Below are positions 24,413-37,250 of a stretch of DNA of 64,000 nucleotides, piece by piece. The translations under genes were made by a program, and so were the position numbers. The notes below the pieces were generated by a model. It was given only the letters and a program-made list of their open reading frames with translations, made no database searches and was not told where the DNA came from. Source of the stretch: Felis catus (taxonomy: Eukaryota); assembly GCF_018350175.1 (NCBI RefSeq), contig NC_058368.1:175896001-175960000 (forward strand), in the 5' to 3' direction. Numbering within the stretch: the first letter of the stretch is position 1; every line of letters begins with the position of its first letter.

Positions 24413-25730
24413 AAGATGACCCCAGATTTCTTGATTATGGGACTATGTCAGGTTGGCCCCTCTTCCCCACAGAGCAGGAGCGAGGCCAGCTTGTAAGAGG
24501 TAGTTCTCCACTCAGCCCCTGCGCCTCTGCTACCTAAGACGTGAGCTGCGATTCTCCAGAGTCCGGGAAGGATGTATTTGGACTCCTTGGAACGGAGCAG
24601 ATGCCCTGGCTTCTTGAACTTAATGAGGAGTGAGACACTTAGCTTTGATCTCTGCCCCAAGCCACGGACGATCAAAATACTCTGGATTTGTACTTACGTA
24701 GGTAGCTCCATTAGGTACCTCCGTTTTTAGGCAAAATTGCACCCAGCAGCTAAACCAGTGTTGGCACCTCCCAGGTGTAGCACCCCTTAGCTGCCCACAC
24801 CCAGCCTCGTAAGTCTGTGCCTTGGCTCGTCAGCCCCAAAGCAGGACATTAAAGACTTACTGAGCTACATCTTTAATAATATTTTAAAAAATGTTTAAGA
24901 ACCACCATAAAAATCCACTGGATGGCATTTTTTTTTTCCACTTTGGCAAAACTAGAGTCATCGTCTATGTTATTACAAACTCAACCACAAGAGAAGAAAG
25001 TCAGCCAGTCACAATTTAGAAAATCACATTCCAATAGCCCTAGAAGGGTATATTAGCTGAGCGGAGATGTGTCCAGTCACATCTGTCTTTTTCCACAGAC
25101 GCTGCTCCCCCAGGCCACTATTGAGCAACCTGTCCCCTTTCCAAGCAGCCTCTGTACACTGAATACTGACCTGAAGTGATTCTCTGTTTTCTCAAACCTA
25201 CAGACCAAGAGGCCTTGGACCTGGTATAATTTGAGAAGCCCCAGAGACAGATCCCTTGACCTTCCACCCCTCTGCCAATTTAGAGATTCATTGGAGAGAA
25301 TGTTACTTCCAAAAGGTCCCTTATAAATGTAAGCTGCTCCTGGGAGGGATAATGCATTAAGCCATATAGCCGTTCACACTTTAGTATGAAGTAGTCTGCT
25401 AATAGCTACCCTTTATGAAGCATCTCCTCTGGGCCTTGCATGGAAGCAAGAACTTTCAACAGTCACTTACTCAAACTTTGAAGGAATGAAACATTATAAA
25501 GCTTTGATGGGGGAAAGTCTGGACATGTCTGATTAACAAGGGGTTAGGATGGAAATGGACATGGGAGATGGAAGGCCGAGGGGGTAGTATCGACTGTTAG
25601 GAGGAACTCAAGATCGTCTTCACAGAGGTGACATTTCAGTGGAATTTTGAAGGATGTGGAGTAGTTCAACAGGTAGCCAAGGCAAAGGAGGGGAAAACAA
25701 CATGGGAAAGATCCATGTACAATGGCATCC

Positions 25731-26219
25731 TGTATCTGTCAGTCCGAGTGCCAACAGGACTACTCCAATGAAGAGAATTCAAGAAGGGTTTAGTAAACAG
25801 ATTACTGACAAAGGTGTGGGCAAGATATAGGGAAACCACAAGAGACAGTGCAAGAGTCCAGGGGCTATACCATCCCTGAACTCAAAAGGATAAAGGAAGG
25901 CAGCAGTTACGTGAACGCTGAGAGAGAACATTGTATACAGCAGGCCACCTTGAGAGGATCTGCGACTTCTAACGCCCACAGCCAGCCTGAGATGACCCCA
26001 CAGAATGGAGGCCGAGGAAATAAATACCTGCGCCTCTCTCTCCCTCCCTCCTCAGATCTCCTGCGGGGCTCCCCATCTGCCGGGCCCAACGGGAAGCCAG
26101 AGGTCAGGGCAGGAGAGCCTAGGTGATGCACCCCAAGTAGTCAGATTCCTAAGGCTGAGAGCTGGGCAGAGCAGAGTCAGGGTGGATCTGGGGTGGGGGC
26201 AGCTGGAAAGCACCCAGCA
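25731..26219 (-). mobile_element. ERV-L solo LTR, LTR33-like, within an antisense L2 fragment
   Basis: Reverse-complement similarity to 3165-3584 (ggaaataaatacctg..ctctctctccctccctcc..gggaagccagagg). Flanks are L2-like (gaggtgacatttcagtggaattttgaaggatg). Confidence 0.7.
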
Positions 26220-27435
26220 GTGTGTGAGATGTGGCTAGAGCACGGAGTATGGGTCAGGGTGAGGGGGGTAGCAGAGGGTGTGGGGTGTGGGTGAACACAA
26301 AGGAGCTTACCCGTCGAGCTAAGGAGGAGTGGAAACCATTGACCTGCAGTGGTCACAGAGGCACTGGCCGCTGCCGGCCTTTGCCGAGGGCCCTGGGAAA
26401 TCATTGCTGGGCGTCCAGCAAATGATGAGTGGCAGCCAATAACTCCTGAGCTAAGCCAACACCTTCCCGAGCCTCCCGAGCTGTGCTCTGGAAGCCGACC
26501 CCAGCCAGCGGCGTTGTCTCCCGGAGCTCCTGCCACTGCAGAAGAGAGCCTGGGAAAGCAGAGGGGTGGCTACTGAAGGGAGCGCAACCTAGAACATCTT
26601 GAACCAATTCAAACCAGCCTATCTCTTTGATTGATATTCCAGTCCACCTTTTCCCCCTTCCACACGTGGAAAGGCGGCCCTGTGACAAGGAGCTCTGCGG
26701 GAACAGGTTTCCCAGAAAAACGAAAACTGTCCGTCTGCCTACCCCAAGGGACCACTCCAGGCGGCCAGCCGGGAAGCCAAGGCAGTCCTGCCCTGTAAGG
26801 CCTCAGCAAAAAAGATGAGCGCCAGCCCCCTCTCATCTGGGAAACATTAAAAGCAATCTCTGAAGTGATTCATTAAAAGTCCTCCAGTGGCAGAAGACCA
26901 TCACCCAGATGTGAAAATAAACACAGAGGGAAATTCCAGCATTCAGAACTGTTTCAAGTCTTGAAACAAACGCACGGTTATTTCAGGGAAAGGAAGAGTC
27001 TATTGACTGTCTTTCCAAGCCCACAGAATCCAAGTCAGACTCTCTCCATAGCCAGCAGGCCAGGCAAATTCCCACGATGCCAGATTCAGAAAACTGAAAG
27101 CACTCACTTGATTCTCTGGGGCCCTTCCCACTTGAACTTCTCAGCGGCTCCCTGGCCAAGGCCAGTCACCCACACTTACCAAGCTTCTGGTGGTGCAGCC
27201 TTCAGCTCAGCCTTCGTAAGCATCGGAAATTAAAGTAGAAGCAATTGTTCCATGCTGCTCTGGAAAAAAAAAAAAAGCATAGAAACTAAATGGAGCATGA
27301 ATCAGTATCAAGCAAAACAGTGTATGCCCTGATTAAAAACGGGAGGAAATGGGAGTATATTTGGGCACTGATCACATATTATCACATCCAGTGTCTGGCA
27401 GAGTAGATGGCACAGGGTAGGCATTTGATAAACAT

Positions 27436-27557
27436 GGAAGGAAGGAAGGAAGGAAGGAAGGAAGGAAGGAAGGAAGAAAGGAAGGAAGGAAGGAAGGTGG
27501 GAAGGCAGGAAGGGAGGAAGGCAGGAAGGCAGGAAGGCAGGAAGGCAGGAAGGCAGG
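27436..27557. repeat. (GGAA)n/(GGCA)n purine-rich tandem repeat after an L2 3' end
   Basis: Directly visible. Preceded by the L2-like terminus tggcacagggtaggcatttgataaacat. Confidence 0.9.
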
Positions 27558-27769
27558 GGAGTTGGTTCTCCACCCATAAGAAACTTGTCCATGAATCCAG
27601 AAGTTACTGAAGTATGTGCCTTACTTGGAGAAACCCTACAGAATCACACCTTACCCCTACTTCCCACCCATTTAACTGGTAAGGATCAGAAAAAGGGAAG
27701 TTCCTTGAAGCGAAATTTAGATCCTTCCCACCAGAAAAATACGAAACTACTCCTACACACCTGGGAGTT

Positions 27770-28540
27770 CTTTTTGTGTTATTACTGTAAAACACACACG
27801 ACGTGAAATTTACCATCGTAACCATTTTTTTTTTATTTTTTTTCAACGTTTTTTATTTATTTTTGGGACAGAGAGAGACAGAGCATGAACGGGGGAGGGG
27901 CAGAAAGAGGGAGACACAGAATCAGAAACAGGCTCCAGGCTCCGAGCCATCAGCCCAGAGCCCGACGCGGGGCTCGAACTCCCGGACCGCGAGATCGTGA
28001 CCTGGCTGAAGTCGGACGCTTTACCGACTGCGCCACCCAGGCGCCCCTACCATCGTAACCATTTTTAAGTGAATGCTTCGGCGACCTCAAGCACACCATT
28101 GTGCAACCATCACCACCATCCATCTCCGAACTCTTCATCTCGAAAAACTGAAACTATGCCCACTAACCAGCAGCTCCCCACTTCCTCCCGTCAGGCCCTG
28201 CCAACCATCATTCTACTTTCTGTCTCCATGAACTTGACTGTGCTACGTACTTCACCTGAGTAGAATCATACGGTATTTGTCCTTTCGTGTCTGGCTGATT
28301 TCACTTAGCGTACTATCCTCCAGATCCACCCATGTCATAGCATGTGTCACAACGTCTTTTCTTGTTAAGGATGAGTAACGTTCCACTCTTATGCGTGTAC
28401 CACATTTTGCTGATCGTTCGTCCATCACTGGACCCTTGTGTCGCTCCCACCTTTAACTATTGTGAATAATGCTGCATGATCATGGGTTGACAGATAGCTC
28501 TTGGAGCCCTTGCTTTCAATTCTTTTGGGTATATACCGCT
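27770..28540 (-). mobile_element. L1MB-type 3' fragment, interrupted by a SINE
   Basis: aaatttaccatcgtaaccatttttaagtg..tgtgcaaccatcaccaccatccatctcc..attctactttctgtctccatgaacttgact..gaatcatacggtatttgtcc. Confidence 0.85.
27830..28047 (-). mobile_element. Young Can-SINE (SINEC_Fc, ccatcagcc/cctggctgaag subtype)
   Basis: CpG-rich. Perfect TSD taccatcgtaaccattttt (27811-27829 and 28048-28066). Confidence 0.97.
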
Positions 28541-29199
28541 AGGATTTCTTTTGGGCGGTGACTTTTCCCTGAAAGGTGGAGGTGGGTGGAGGAAAACCCA
28601 GCATTCGCTGAGATGGAGCAAATCAGTTAGCTGTCAAATGACTGGGAAACACAGCAATTATAAACGTAGGTATATTTAGACTTCTTACGGTACGCTGTGC
28701 ACACAGATAGTTATGAGCCTTGGGGAACCCCAACCTCATCCCATTCCCAGTAAAAGGGGCAGGGTTTGGAAGCCTGAGACCTGGGTTCAAATCTCAGGAG
28801 GAGCCCTTGTTAGTGAAGACTACTGAGAGAGTATATGATATGCTTGCATATTGTAAGCACTCAGTAACCTCTGTCTTCTCCACCCTAAGACCCTTTCTCC
28901 TCAAGCTGAATTCTGGATGTAGATGACCAGATACCAGCTTTGCCATAACCTGTGAATGTAATGAAATTCAGCCAAACTGCTCTGACGAGATCCTAGAATT
29001 TTCCCAGGAAGAGGGTGGTGTCAACAACCCTAACTTGAGAATGCGTAGCACTCAAAGCTGGCACATTCACCCGCCAAATGTCCCCATTCACCTCAGATGA
29101 AAAAGGATTTCCAAAGAGTAAGTCCTTGGCTCGGGGCCACGTAGCAAAACTGTTAATAATGTGGCTGAGGGACAGACCCAACAGTGGAACAGAGGGTTG

Positions 29200-29370
29200 A
29201 GGGAGAACGTTCTGGAATTAGCAGTCCTGGGTGTGACCTCAAGAAAGTCACTTCACCTTCTCCAAGCTTCAGCTTTCTCGTCTGTAAAATGGAAGCAATA
29301 ATACTTTTGCCTCCTAGAATGGCTGTGAGGAGTTAGAGAGGGACAGTGTGGTAACATGCTTGGCATAGAG
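29200..29370 (+). mobile_element. MIR
   Basis: gtgtgacctcaagaaagtcacttcacc..cttcagctttctcgtctgtaaaatggaagcaataata..ggctgtgagga. Confidence 0.7.
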
Positions 29371-29757
29371 CCCACATCCAGTCAGCCGTGGAGCCAGAAA
29401 AGACGGGCCAGGTCCCCTCTCCCTTCAATCCTCGGGCATTTCTGCAGGGACAGGGGCTTTAATGGGAAGCTGGCATCCTGCTCTGACCCTTCTCCAAACT
29501 GTACCCTCAGCACTCTCCACGTTTTCTTTCGTCACCTTCATGGCCTTGATCATAAAGCTCAGGAGAAATAAAAAGAAGCTCACCCACCCATTTACCCATC
29601 TATCCACCCATCCATGCACCCAGCCAACGTTTATCGAGGGCCTACCCTATGCCAAGCCTGACAAAGCCACTGGGAACCAAGAGATGAATGGAACGGGCCT
29701 CTCCTCCGCAGGAAGGCACAGGGCAGTGGGGGAGGAAGAGAAGTTAACGGTAAGAAT

Positions 29758-29980
29758 GGCACCTGGGTGGCTCAGTCAGGTAAGCATCCAACTCTTGATT
29801 TGGACCCAGGTCATGACCTCGCGGTTCATGGGTTCAAGCCCCACAATGGGCTTTGTGCTGACAGTGCAGAGCCTGCTTGGGATTCTGTCTCTCTCCTCTT
29901 TCTGCCCCTCCCCTGCTCATGCTGCGTGCGCTCTCTCGCTCTCTCTCTCTCTCTCAAAATAAATAAATTTAAAAAAAAAA
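29758..29980 (+). mobile_element. Can-SINE (older actcttgatt subtype)
   Basis: ggcacctgggtggctcagtc head, (CT)n, poly(A). TSD aagaatggca. Confidence 0.93.
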
Positions 29981-29989
29981 GAAGAATGG

Positions 29990-30150
29990 CAGACGCTTAC
30001 TTAGGGCCATGTGCTAGGCACGGCTTCAGGTCTCTTGGCATAATCTGTTTCATTCTCCTCACACCCCATGAAATAGCGCTGTAATGATTCTGTTTCACAA
30101 ATATGGAAACAGCATATGGACAGTAACTTACCCAAGGTCACAAAGCTATT
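29990..30150 (-). mobile_element. MIR
   Basis: atgtgctaggcac..ttcattctcctcacaccccatga..tttcacaaatatggaaac..agtaacttacccaaggtcaca. Confidence 0.7.
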
Positions 30151-30779
30151 AAATTTAACCTCTAAACTGTCAGAACCTAATCCTAATAGGAGTCCGGGGA
30201 CAGAGGTCAGGGGGTGGGGCTCAAGGGCAGGAGGGACGGTGTCCTACAGTTCCCCAGAGTCAGCAGGCCACAAACTGCTGTGGAACTTCCACAACCTGAA
30301 GGTTGACAAGTGGGGGCTATATAGGTTACACTCTTCAGCACGGTCCCTTACAGTCACCGAGTGCTGTCCTCACACGTCAGCTCACTTTACCTTCAAGAGA
30401 GCTCTGTGAAGGGGATCTAAGCTGTCCCCACTTCACAGAGGAGGAACCTGACACTCGGCGGGAGGAAGTGTTGGAGCCAACTCAAAGCCAAGGACGCCCA
30501 GCACATGCACCTGTCAAAGGCCCCTGTTCAGCTCAGATGAAAGAATTATTTCCAAAGAGAACATCTTTGGCCGGGTCCTACGTGCTTGCCAAAGGCAAGC
30601 TGGAAATGCATTCGGTCTCTTTGTCTCCCACCAATGACCCTCCCACATGGCAGCGTGTCTTCCTTTATCCTCTGCCCTGGTGTCCCCTCCTGAACACAGC
30701 CACAGTGATCACTTCATCTAAGACAACACCCCATAGCTCCCCGCCGGCCTTCCCTACTCCATTTTTCTTCAGGACACTT

Positions 30780-30968
30780 ATGGTTATCTGGTATCAAAGT
30801 AGACTTGTTTGTTTAGTATCTGACTCTCCCAACTAGACCAGAAGTTCCATGAGGGCAGGAAACACGTCCCTTTTGTCTTTCACTGTACCCTGACACCTGG
30901 AACAGGACCTGGAGCATTAGAAGCGGTCAGTGTGGTTTAGGTCAATGAATGAATGAACAAATGAATGG
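30780..30968 (+). mobile_element. L2 3' end
   Basis: ccaactagaccagaagttccatgagggcagg..ttcactgtaccc..cacctggaacaggacctgg..(tgaa)n tail. Confidence 0.8.
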
Positions 30969-31494
30969 AAGTGGGTGGGTTAGGGAATTACCCTGTGGAA
31001 GAAGCCAGAAACAAGGACCAGGAACTCACCCGGGACACAGTCCCCTGCCCCACCCTGGGTATCAGGTACCCCCAGTCTTGGCCTTGGGCTAATAGGAACA
31101 TCTGACCTCTTGCCTTCGCCTTCCCAGTGCCTGTCCCTCTCAAGGACGCTCTCCTAGGTGTCATGCCCATAAAGAGCCCCTCAGTTCAGGGACCTGCTTG
31201 AATAGTACCCTTACAGCCTCACTCCAGGTCTTTCTTATTCACTCACTGCCTCACACTTATACCCTTTCACCCCAGAATAGTACCAAGCCCAGTCTATTTC
31301 CTCAGGTACCTTATAATCCTGCAAACTCATTCATGCTAAGGTACTGATGAATAAGAATAGGTGTTCGATGTAATTTTTAAAGGGAGCCTTCTAGAGACAA
31401 TATAGTAAAATACTAGAACGGCTCACTGTAGGAGTTTCAGGTTTCCTAGAAACTCTACGTGCCTCATCATACACAGAATATGACCTGTGGATGC

Positions 31495-31800
31495 CATCCA
31501 TTCATTCATTCATTCACTCACTCACGTCTTCATCCGGCACTTGAGCAAACATTTACTGAGTGCCTTCTGCCTGCCAGAAAGGTCCTGTGTGCTGAGGATA
31601 TGAGAGTGAGCAAGACAGCCAAAGTCCCTGCTCTCAGAGAACCCAGTGTCTGGTTGAGGACACAGAGCAGTCAGCAAAGACCCTGCCAAGGAGCTTCAAC
31701 TCTCAGTGTTAGTACCACAACAGAGGGGGTAAACCCGTGAGGGGACTGGAGGCAGCTACCCAAGGGATGGGAGGTCAGGAAGGCCTGCTGGAGAAACTGT
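31495..31800 (-). mobile_element. L2 3' end
   Basis: (ttca)n, aaacatttactgagtgcc..tgctgaggatatgagagtgagcaagacagccaaagtccctgctctca. Confidence 0.8.
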
Positions 31801-33064
31801 AGTCTCCACTGGCTGCTGGCAGTTGACCAGGACTTCACCCGGGAACTGGGGGGCTGCAGGCATTCAGTGCTTGCGAGGGTGCAGAGGTCTGAGCCAGTCT
31901 AGGCAAGGCTCGCCCTGGGCCTACCTGCTTCATGCAACCCTTAAAAGTGGCTGAAGTTAAGCTCAGCCATGGAGTGTGCACCAGGAAGTCGGAAAGAGCA
32001 ACAGGGCAGCGTGTCCTTGGAACTGTGCAGATGCCAGCCGTTCTTCCCTCCCTCTGGAATGTCAGAAATCACGTCTGGGTCCTGGGGTTCTCCGTTGCCT
32101 ATGAAACTGTCCAAGTTCACCATCCTAACAACACAAGAGGTGAATCAGCTGCCTCTGCACACAGTCTGCAGTGCCTCCTAGACCCTGGAATGTCCGGGGA
32201 GCTGTTTCAATATTCTGCTGTCTCTTCCTTTGCCTGTCAAAGGAAAGAAAGCCTTCAGCATTAACTACAACAATTACAGGTGACCTGAGAGGTTTCTTTG
32301 ACCTGCCACCTAAGGTAAGTGCCTTTCTGCAGATATTCAGGGCCTCACTTTTAATTCATCTTGAACCCAACTTTGCCCCTCACCTCCACCCACCCACCAG
32401 CACTACCTTGAACATGCTCAGTTGCCCAGTGGAAAGAATCATAGCACTTTCCTTTTCTGGCTTTCTCTGATACAACAAGCTTCCAGCAACCGTCAGAAAA
32501 GAAGGCAAGTAACATCCGTGGTGGAGACAAGCCTATGAAATTCGTTCAAAAATACAGCAAGGCACTGTACTCACTACAGAGAGACACATGCTGTTCCATG
32601 GACAAGGGCCCATTTGTGAGTCACCAAGCATAATGGGACATTGTTGACAGTGTTGGGAACATGAGAATTTCCTCACTGCCCAACTTGGGTAATGCTGGAG
32701 CTACATTTGCCTCCAGAAATGAAGTCAGACAGACTCAACCCAACTTCCAACTGCCAGGCCCCAAGACCATGGGGCCACCATGTTTTTATGCTGACTTTTG
32801 TTAATGGGAGTCACTTCCCAAGTTGTGTTGAAGGGTCGACTTCTCATCCGCTTGTGCAACAGACATGGGTGCTTTGACAAAGGACATGCCCAGAGCTCTG
32901 ACCGGAGGACCTTAGACCACATGAAAGACTTTTAAAGACCCTCACATCAGGGTTCTGCACCGTCAAATAGATTGGTGGGGAGACGGAAAAATTGCCCGTG
33001 ATTTGGTGTGAGGAAGGGATATGGCAGGCGTGTGTAGCAACAATCTGGCTAGAACAATACATAA

Positions 33065-33270
33065 GAGCTCTCACTTCTTGAGTATCTATGATAGGCCAGG
33101 CAATGTTCAGTGCTTTATGTGCATGACTTAATTTCCTTCCTACATCCATTACATACAGGAAGGTCATGTCAACATCATCTTACAGAAGGAAGCTCGAGGC
33201 TGAGAGGTGACAACATGCCTGTGTCACAGAGCTAATGATCTGCACAACCAATTTAAACTCAGGTCTGGGG
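33065..33270 (-). mobile_element. MIR
   Basis: ttgagtatctatgataggccaggcaatgttc..cttacagaaggaagctcgaggctgagagg..gtcacagagctaa. Confidence 0.65.
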
Positions 33271-33993
33271 GACCCTTGCGGTGGTGCTCTCTTAGCTGGC
33301 ACATGAAGGACTGTGGGGCAGGAAACTGGGTGGCTGGGAGTTATTTAGTGCAGGGGGGTTGGTACCTCCTCAGCCCTGGATAAGGGCAGCATGAGAATCC
33401 GGATGCACAACCCCAGCCCCTGAGCTCCCCTCTCCCGTGATCCTTTACGCCTGTCTCTACCACAGCTCTCGTCACGTAACTCGGCACTGAGATGGCTTGT
33501 TGGAACACCGTCTCCCCACCAAATCTTGAGCCTACCAGAACAGGCACTCCATTCTATTCTTTGCACCTGCCACAACACCTGGAGGTCTGCTTACACTCCA
33601 AACATTTTCATGGGACCACATGAATCAGATGGGTAGAGATGGCGCCAAGATGCATAAATAATTCAGACGATCTGGTTCAAGTCCAAGCTCAGCCACCGGC
33701 TAGCTGTGTGGCCTTGAGCGGGTAACTTCTTTCCACCGGGCCTCAGTTCCCTCACCTGCACCATTAGGAGATTCACTTACAATGGTACCTACCAAATGTG
33801 AGACAGATTCCACAGGTGGAATGCAAATGAACCCTCCTTTTAGTTCACTTAAATTAACATTCAATTTAAATTTCAATTAAATTGATACAGATTTATTTTT
33901 CTGTTTATAAAAATGTAACTAGCTCATCAAGCCCTTGAAGTGTACCTTTAAAATGACATTAAGGTGTTTTTTTTTTTTTAAAGTTAATTTTAA

Positions 33994-34147
33994 GGGGCGC
34001 CTGGGTGGCTCAGTCAGTTAAGCATCCGGCTTCGGCTCAGGTCAGGATCTCACGGTTCATGAGTTTGGGCCTCGCATTGGCCTCTGTGCTGTCAGGGCAG
34101 AGCCCGCTTCAGATCCTCTGTCTCCTTCTCTCTCTTCCCCTCCCCTG

Positions 34148-34180
<33 letters not shown>

Positions 34181-34236
34181 CTTCTTTCAAAATAAATAAA
34201 TACAGTTTAAAAAAACACAAAATAAAACTTAAAAAA
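33994..34236 (+). mobile_element. Can-SINE (SINEC_Fc type)
   Basis: ggggcgcctgggtggctcagtcagttaagc head, (CT)n, A-rich tail. Confidence 0.95.
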
Positions 34237-34251
34237 GGAGTTAAAGAATCT

Positions 34252-34420
34252 GTGGGGGGTGATGGTGAAATAGGCGAAGGGGATTAAGAGTAACACCATG
34301 ATGAGCACTGAGTAATGTATACAATTGTTGAGTCACCATATGGAACGCCTGAAAAACTAACATAAACCCTGTATGTTAATTACACTGGAATTAAAGCAAA
34401 AAAAAAGTTTAAAAAAAAAG
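34252..34420 (+). mobile_element. Carnivore L1 extreme 3' end with poly(A)
   Basis: gaaataggcgaaggggattaagag..atgatgagcactgagtaatgtat..ctgtatgttaattacactggaattaaa followed by poly(A). Confidence 0.8.
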
Positions 34421-35013
34421 GAATTCACTCTTTACAAAACTGCAAAAAAAAAAAATCTCTTTGATAATGTCCATTGGTCCTTAAATATTACAAATAACCG
34501 TGGAAGTGACACATGGACGAGTGAGGTTTAGAGATCCAGTCCGCGGATCTTTAACGTCGATGCCTCCGACGGGGAGGACCAGGGAAGGGGCTATGGAGCA
34601 CGAAGGCTCATCGAAAGAAGAGAAGGAAAGATAAAAACGAGATGTTCAAAATGACCTCTGGCCTCCACGGTCAGGACTCGGCACCTATGGATGCCCACGA
34701 CATGCCTGGCACCGGGCCGTGTGCCATGGGACACATTCATCCGGTGTGAACACAGCCAGAAAAATGAGGGATGGGGCAGGGGAGGGGGAGCAGGACAACC
34801 AGAAGTTGCCTTTGTCCTTTTAAACTGTTCGGTGCTGTCTGCAGAAGCTAATGCAGGCAGAACTTTCTTGGTTTACTTTGAAGAAAACACAGACCGGGGA
34901 CGATGCTTCCTAGAAGATGAGGGTGTTGGGGGGGGGGGGTGGTTTGTTGATGCTTCTGTTGAGGGAGACAAGTAGGGGCTTGGGCAAATGACTTCTAATT
35001 TCCTATCTAAACC

Positions 35014-35226
35014 TTTTTTTTTTTTTTACACTTATTCATTTTTGAGAGACAGAAAGACAGAGCACAAGTGGGGAGGGACAGAGAGAGAAGGAGACAGAAT
35101 CCAAAACAGGCTCCAGGCTCCAAGCTGCCAGCACAGAGCCCGACGCGGGGCTCGAACTCACAAACTGTGAGATCATGACCTGAGCCGAAGTCGGACGCTC
35201 AACCAATTGAGCCACCCAGGCGCCCC
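35014..35226 (-). mobile_element. Can-SINE (SINEC_Fc type)
   Basis: Full element. TSD cctatctaa. Confidence 0.95.
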
Positions 35227-35919
35227 CCTATCTAATTCTGACTTGGCTTGGTGCTGTCACTAACTGAGTACTGGACTCATCTGAATATGTATTCCTCGGG
35301 TTTAAAAGCTCATTAGTTAAAGCAACCAGGCCAGTAATGATTTCACCTGGAAAATTCCACCTTAACCTGGGAGCTGCTCGGCAGCTGCCTCCCGTTCAGG
35401 GTGGCCGGCTCTTCCTCAGGACCCTCGGAGGTGGGGCGGCGGTCACCGAGAAGGGCCGAGGGCAGGGATGCAACAGCCTGACTCCATCAGCTTCCGGTTC
35501 CCAGAAATGGGCAGAGCCAAGGGCGGTGGGGTGGATGAGGGCAAATCCCACCCCTACTCCAAGCAAAACAGCTCTCCTGAACCCAGGTCTACACAGGGAC
35601 GGAAGCCAGAAACGTCCCTGCTGCGTACGAAGGAACCAGACATATGTTTCCAATGTTTGTCAGGAAAACGACTCAAGTGAACACAGCTTCCCATGAAAAG
35701 CAAACCAAAAGCAAATAAGACGCGGGAATGGATCCCAACATTTCCTTTATGCCCACTGTATAACCTTCCTCTAGCCGAACATCCACCACTAAGATCTGCC
35801 CACCTTCTTTCAGATGTGGAGGCTAAAATAAGTTTTTCCCGCTACTTGGGGACCCTGCATGAAGACATATAAAACGAAGCAGCAGTGGGTGGAGACCGCC
35901 CAGCTGGACAAGAGTAAGG

Positions 35920-36150
35920 AATACCGTTTGCTAAGCAAGTCCTGTGCAGTGCCAGGCACCGGGTTAGGCACTGTCTGTTTACGATCTCCCAAGTCCTGCT
36001 TGACGCTTCCTTAGGCAGGTGTTACAGTTTCCATTTTATAAATGAAGAAACCGAGGCTGGGGTGAGGGTAAGACATGGGACTTGCCAGAAACTCCATGAG
36101 GAGGAAGGAGCAGCGCTAGAATTCAAGCCCAGGTCCGTCTGAGTCCCACA
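35920..36150 (-). mobile_element. MIR
   Basis: gtgccaggcaccgggttaggcact..ccattttataaatgaagaaaccgaggct..aattcaagcccaggtccgtctgagtcc. Confidence 0.75.
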
Positions 36151-37049
36151 GCCACACTTCTCCCTGACCTCATCACGTCCTCCTTCCTAGATGGCACCTG
36201 ACAACTACCCCAACCCGGTTTCTGGAGGGTCCTCTCAGTCTATATCCGTGGCCGCCGAGCCGCTCCCCTCTCTTGGCCCCTCTCCTCAGTATGGTATGTG
36301 CTCCTTCCTCCCTCCTCCTCCTCCAGGTGAACTTGTCTCCATTATTCTAGAACCAGGCTATACTCTGCTTTCTCCAAGAAAGCGTTCATCCACAGGACTG
36401 TCCCCTTCTAACCTCTCATGACTTGAAAGGTAATGATGTTCAATCTGTTCCTCGAATGCCAGAAGACGTAATGGGTTTCAGTGCTGTTCCTACCCAAGTT
36501 CAAGAGCACAGCCACCATCCCTCTGAGAGTCAAGACCCCCTGCTCTCTATTTCCAAGGGCTACAGGTGTGATGATCCTTGAAGGAGTGGGGGTGTCCACA
36601 TAGGGCTGTTTGGATGAGACCTGACAAAATCTCCAGGCTCAGTAACTGTTGTTCTGATGGATGATCCACAGGTATACAGGTGTCCAGAAGGCCATAAGCT
36701 GGAATGACTAGGCAAATTGCTGCCGGGACTCCCCTGTGGGCATCTCCCGGGTCAGCTCCCAGGCTGCCCCTGACAGTTTCTCACTGCTGACCTTTCCTCC
36801 CTGCCTGGACCTCAGTCAGGCCCCCTCATTTGTGCTCAGCCCCACACCCACCTTTTCCCAGTCCTCCCTCCAGTCTGGGGACCCCCCCCCCGCCGTGGTC
36901 TGGGTTGGGGAGAGGCCCATGAGGCAGTTTCCTGACCCTCATTCTAATCCTCAGGTCGCAGAAGAAATTGTGCCTCCTCCCGTAGGCCCCCACCTTTGAC
37001 TCACAGAGGCCTGTTTGGCTTGTCTCACCACTGGACATGACTCAAGCCA

Positions 37050-37250
37050 GAGAGCAAGGAGTTAAATCCTCTTGCACTTGAATCTCACGGTGTTCTAGCT
37101 ATGCAACTTGGTCTAGTTCCTTAACCTCTCTGTGCTGAAGTCCTTTCATCCATCACACAGCTGTTGTGTGAGGAGGAAAGGAGTTCACACACACGCAGCT
37201 CCCAGAACAGGGTTTGGCGCGTGGTAAGCACTCCATAAATGTTTGCTGTG
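37050..37250 (+). mobile_element. MIR
   Basis: ttgaatctc..ctagctatgcaacttggtctagttccttaacctctctgtgc..tggcgcgtggtaagcactccataaatgtt. Confidence 0.7.

Noticed and set aside
32280..32314. 35-nt micro-exon (cag|...AAG|gtaagt)
   Set aside because: The donor is perfect but the acceptor lacks a polypyrimidine tract, the length is not a multiple of 3, and there are no supporting neighbouring exons.
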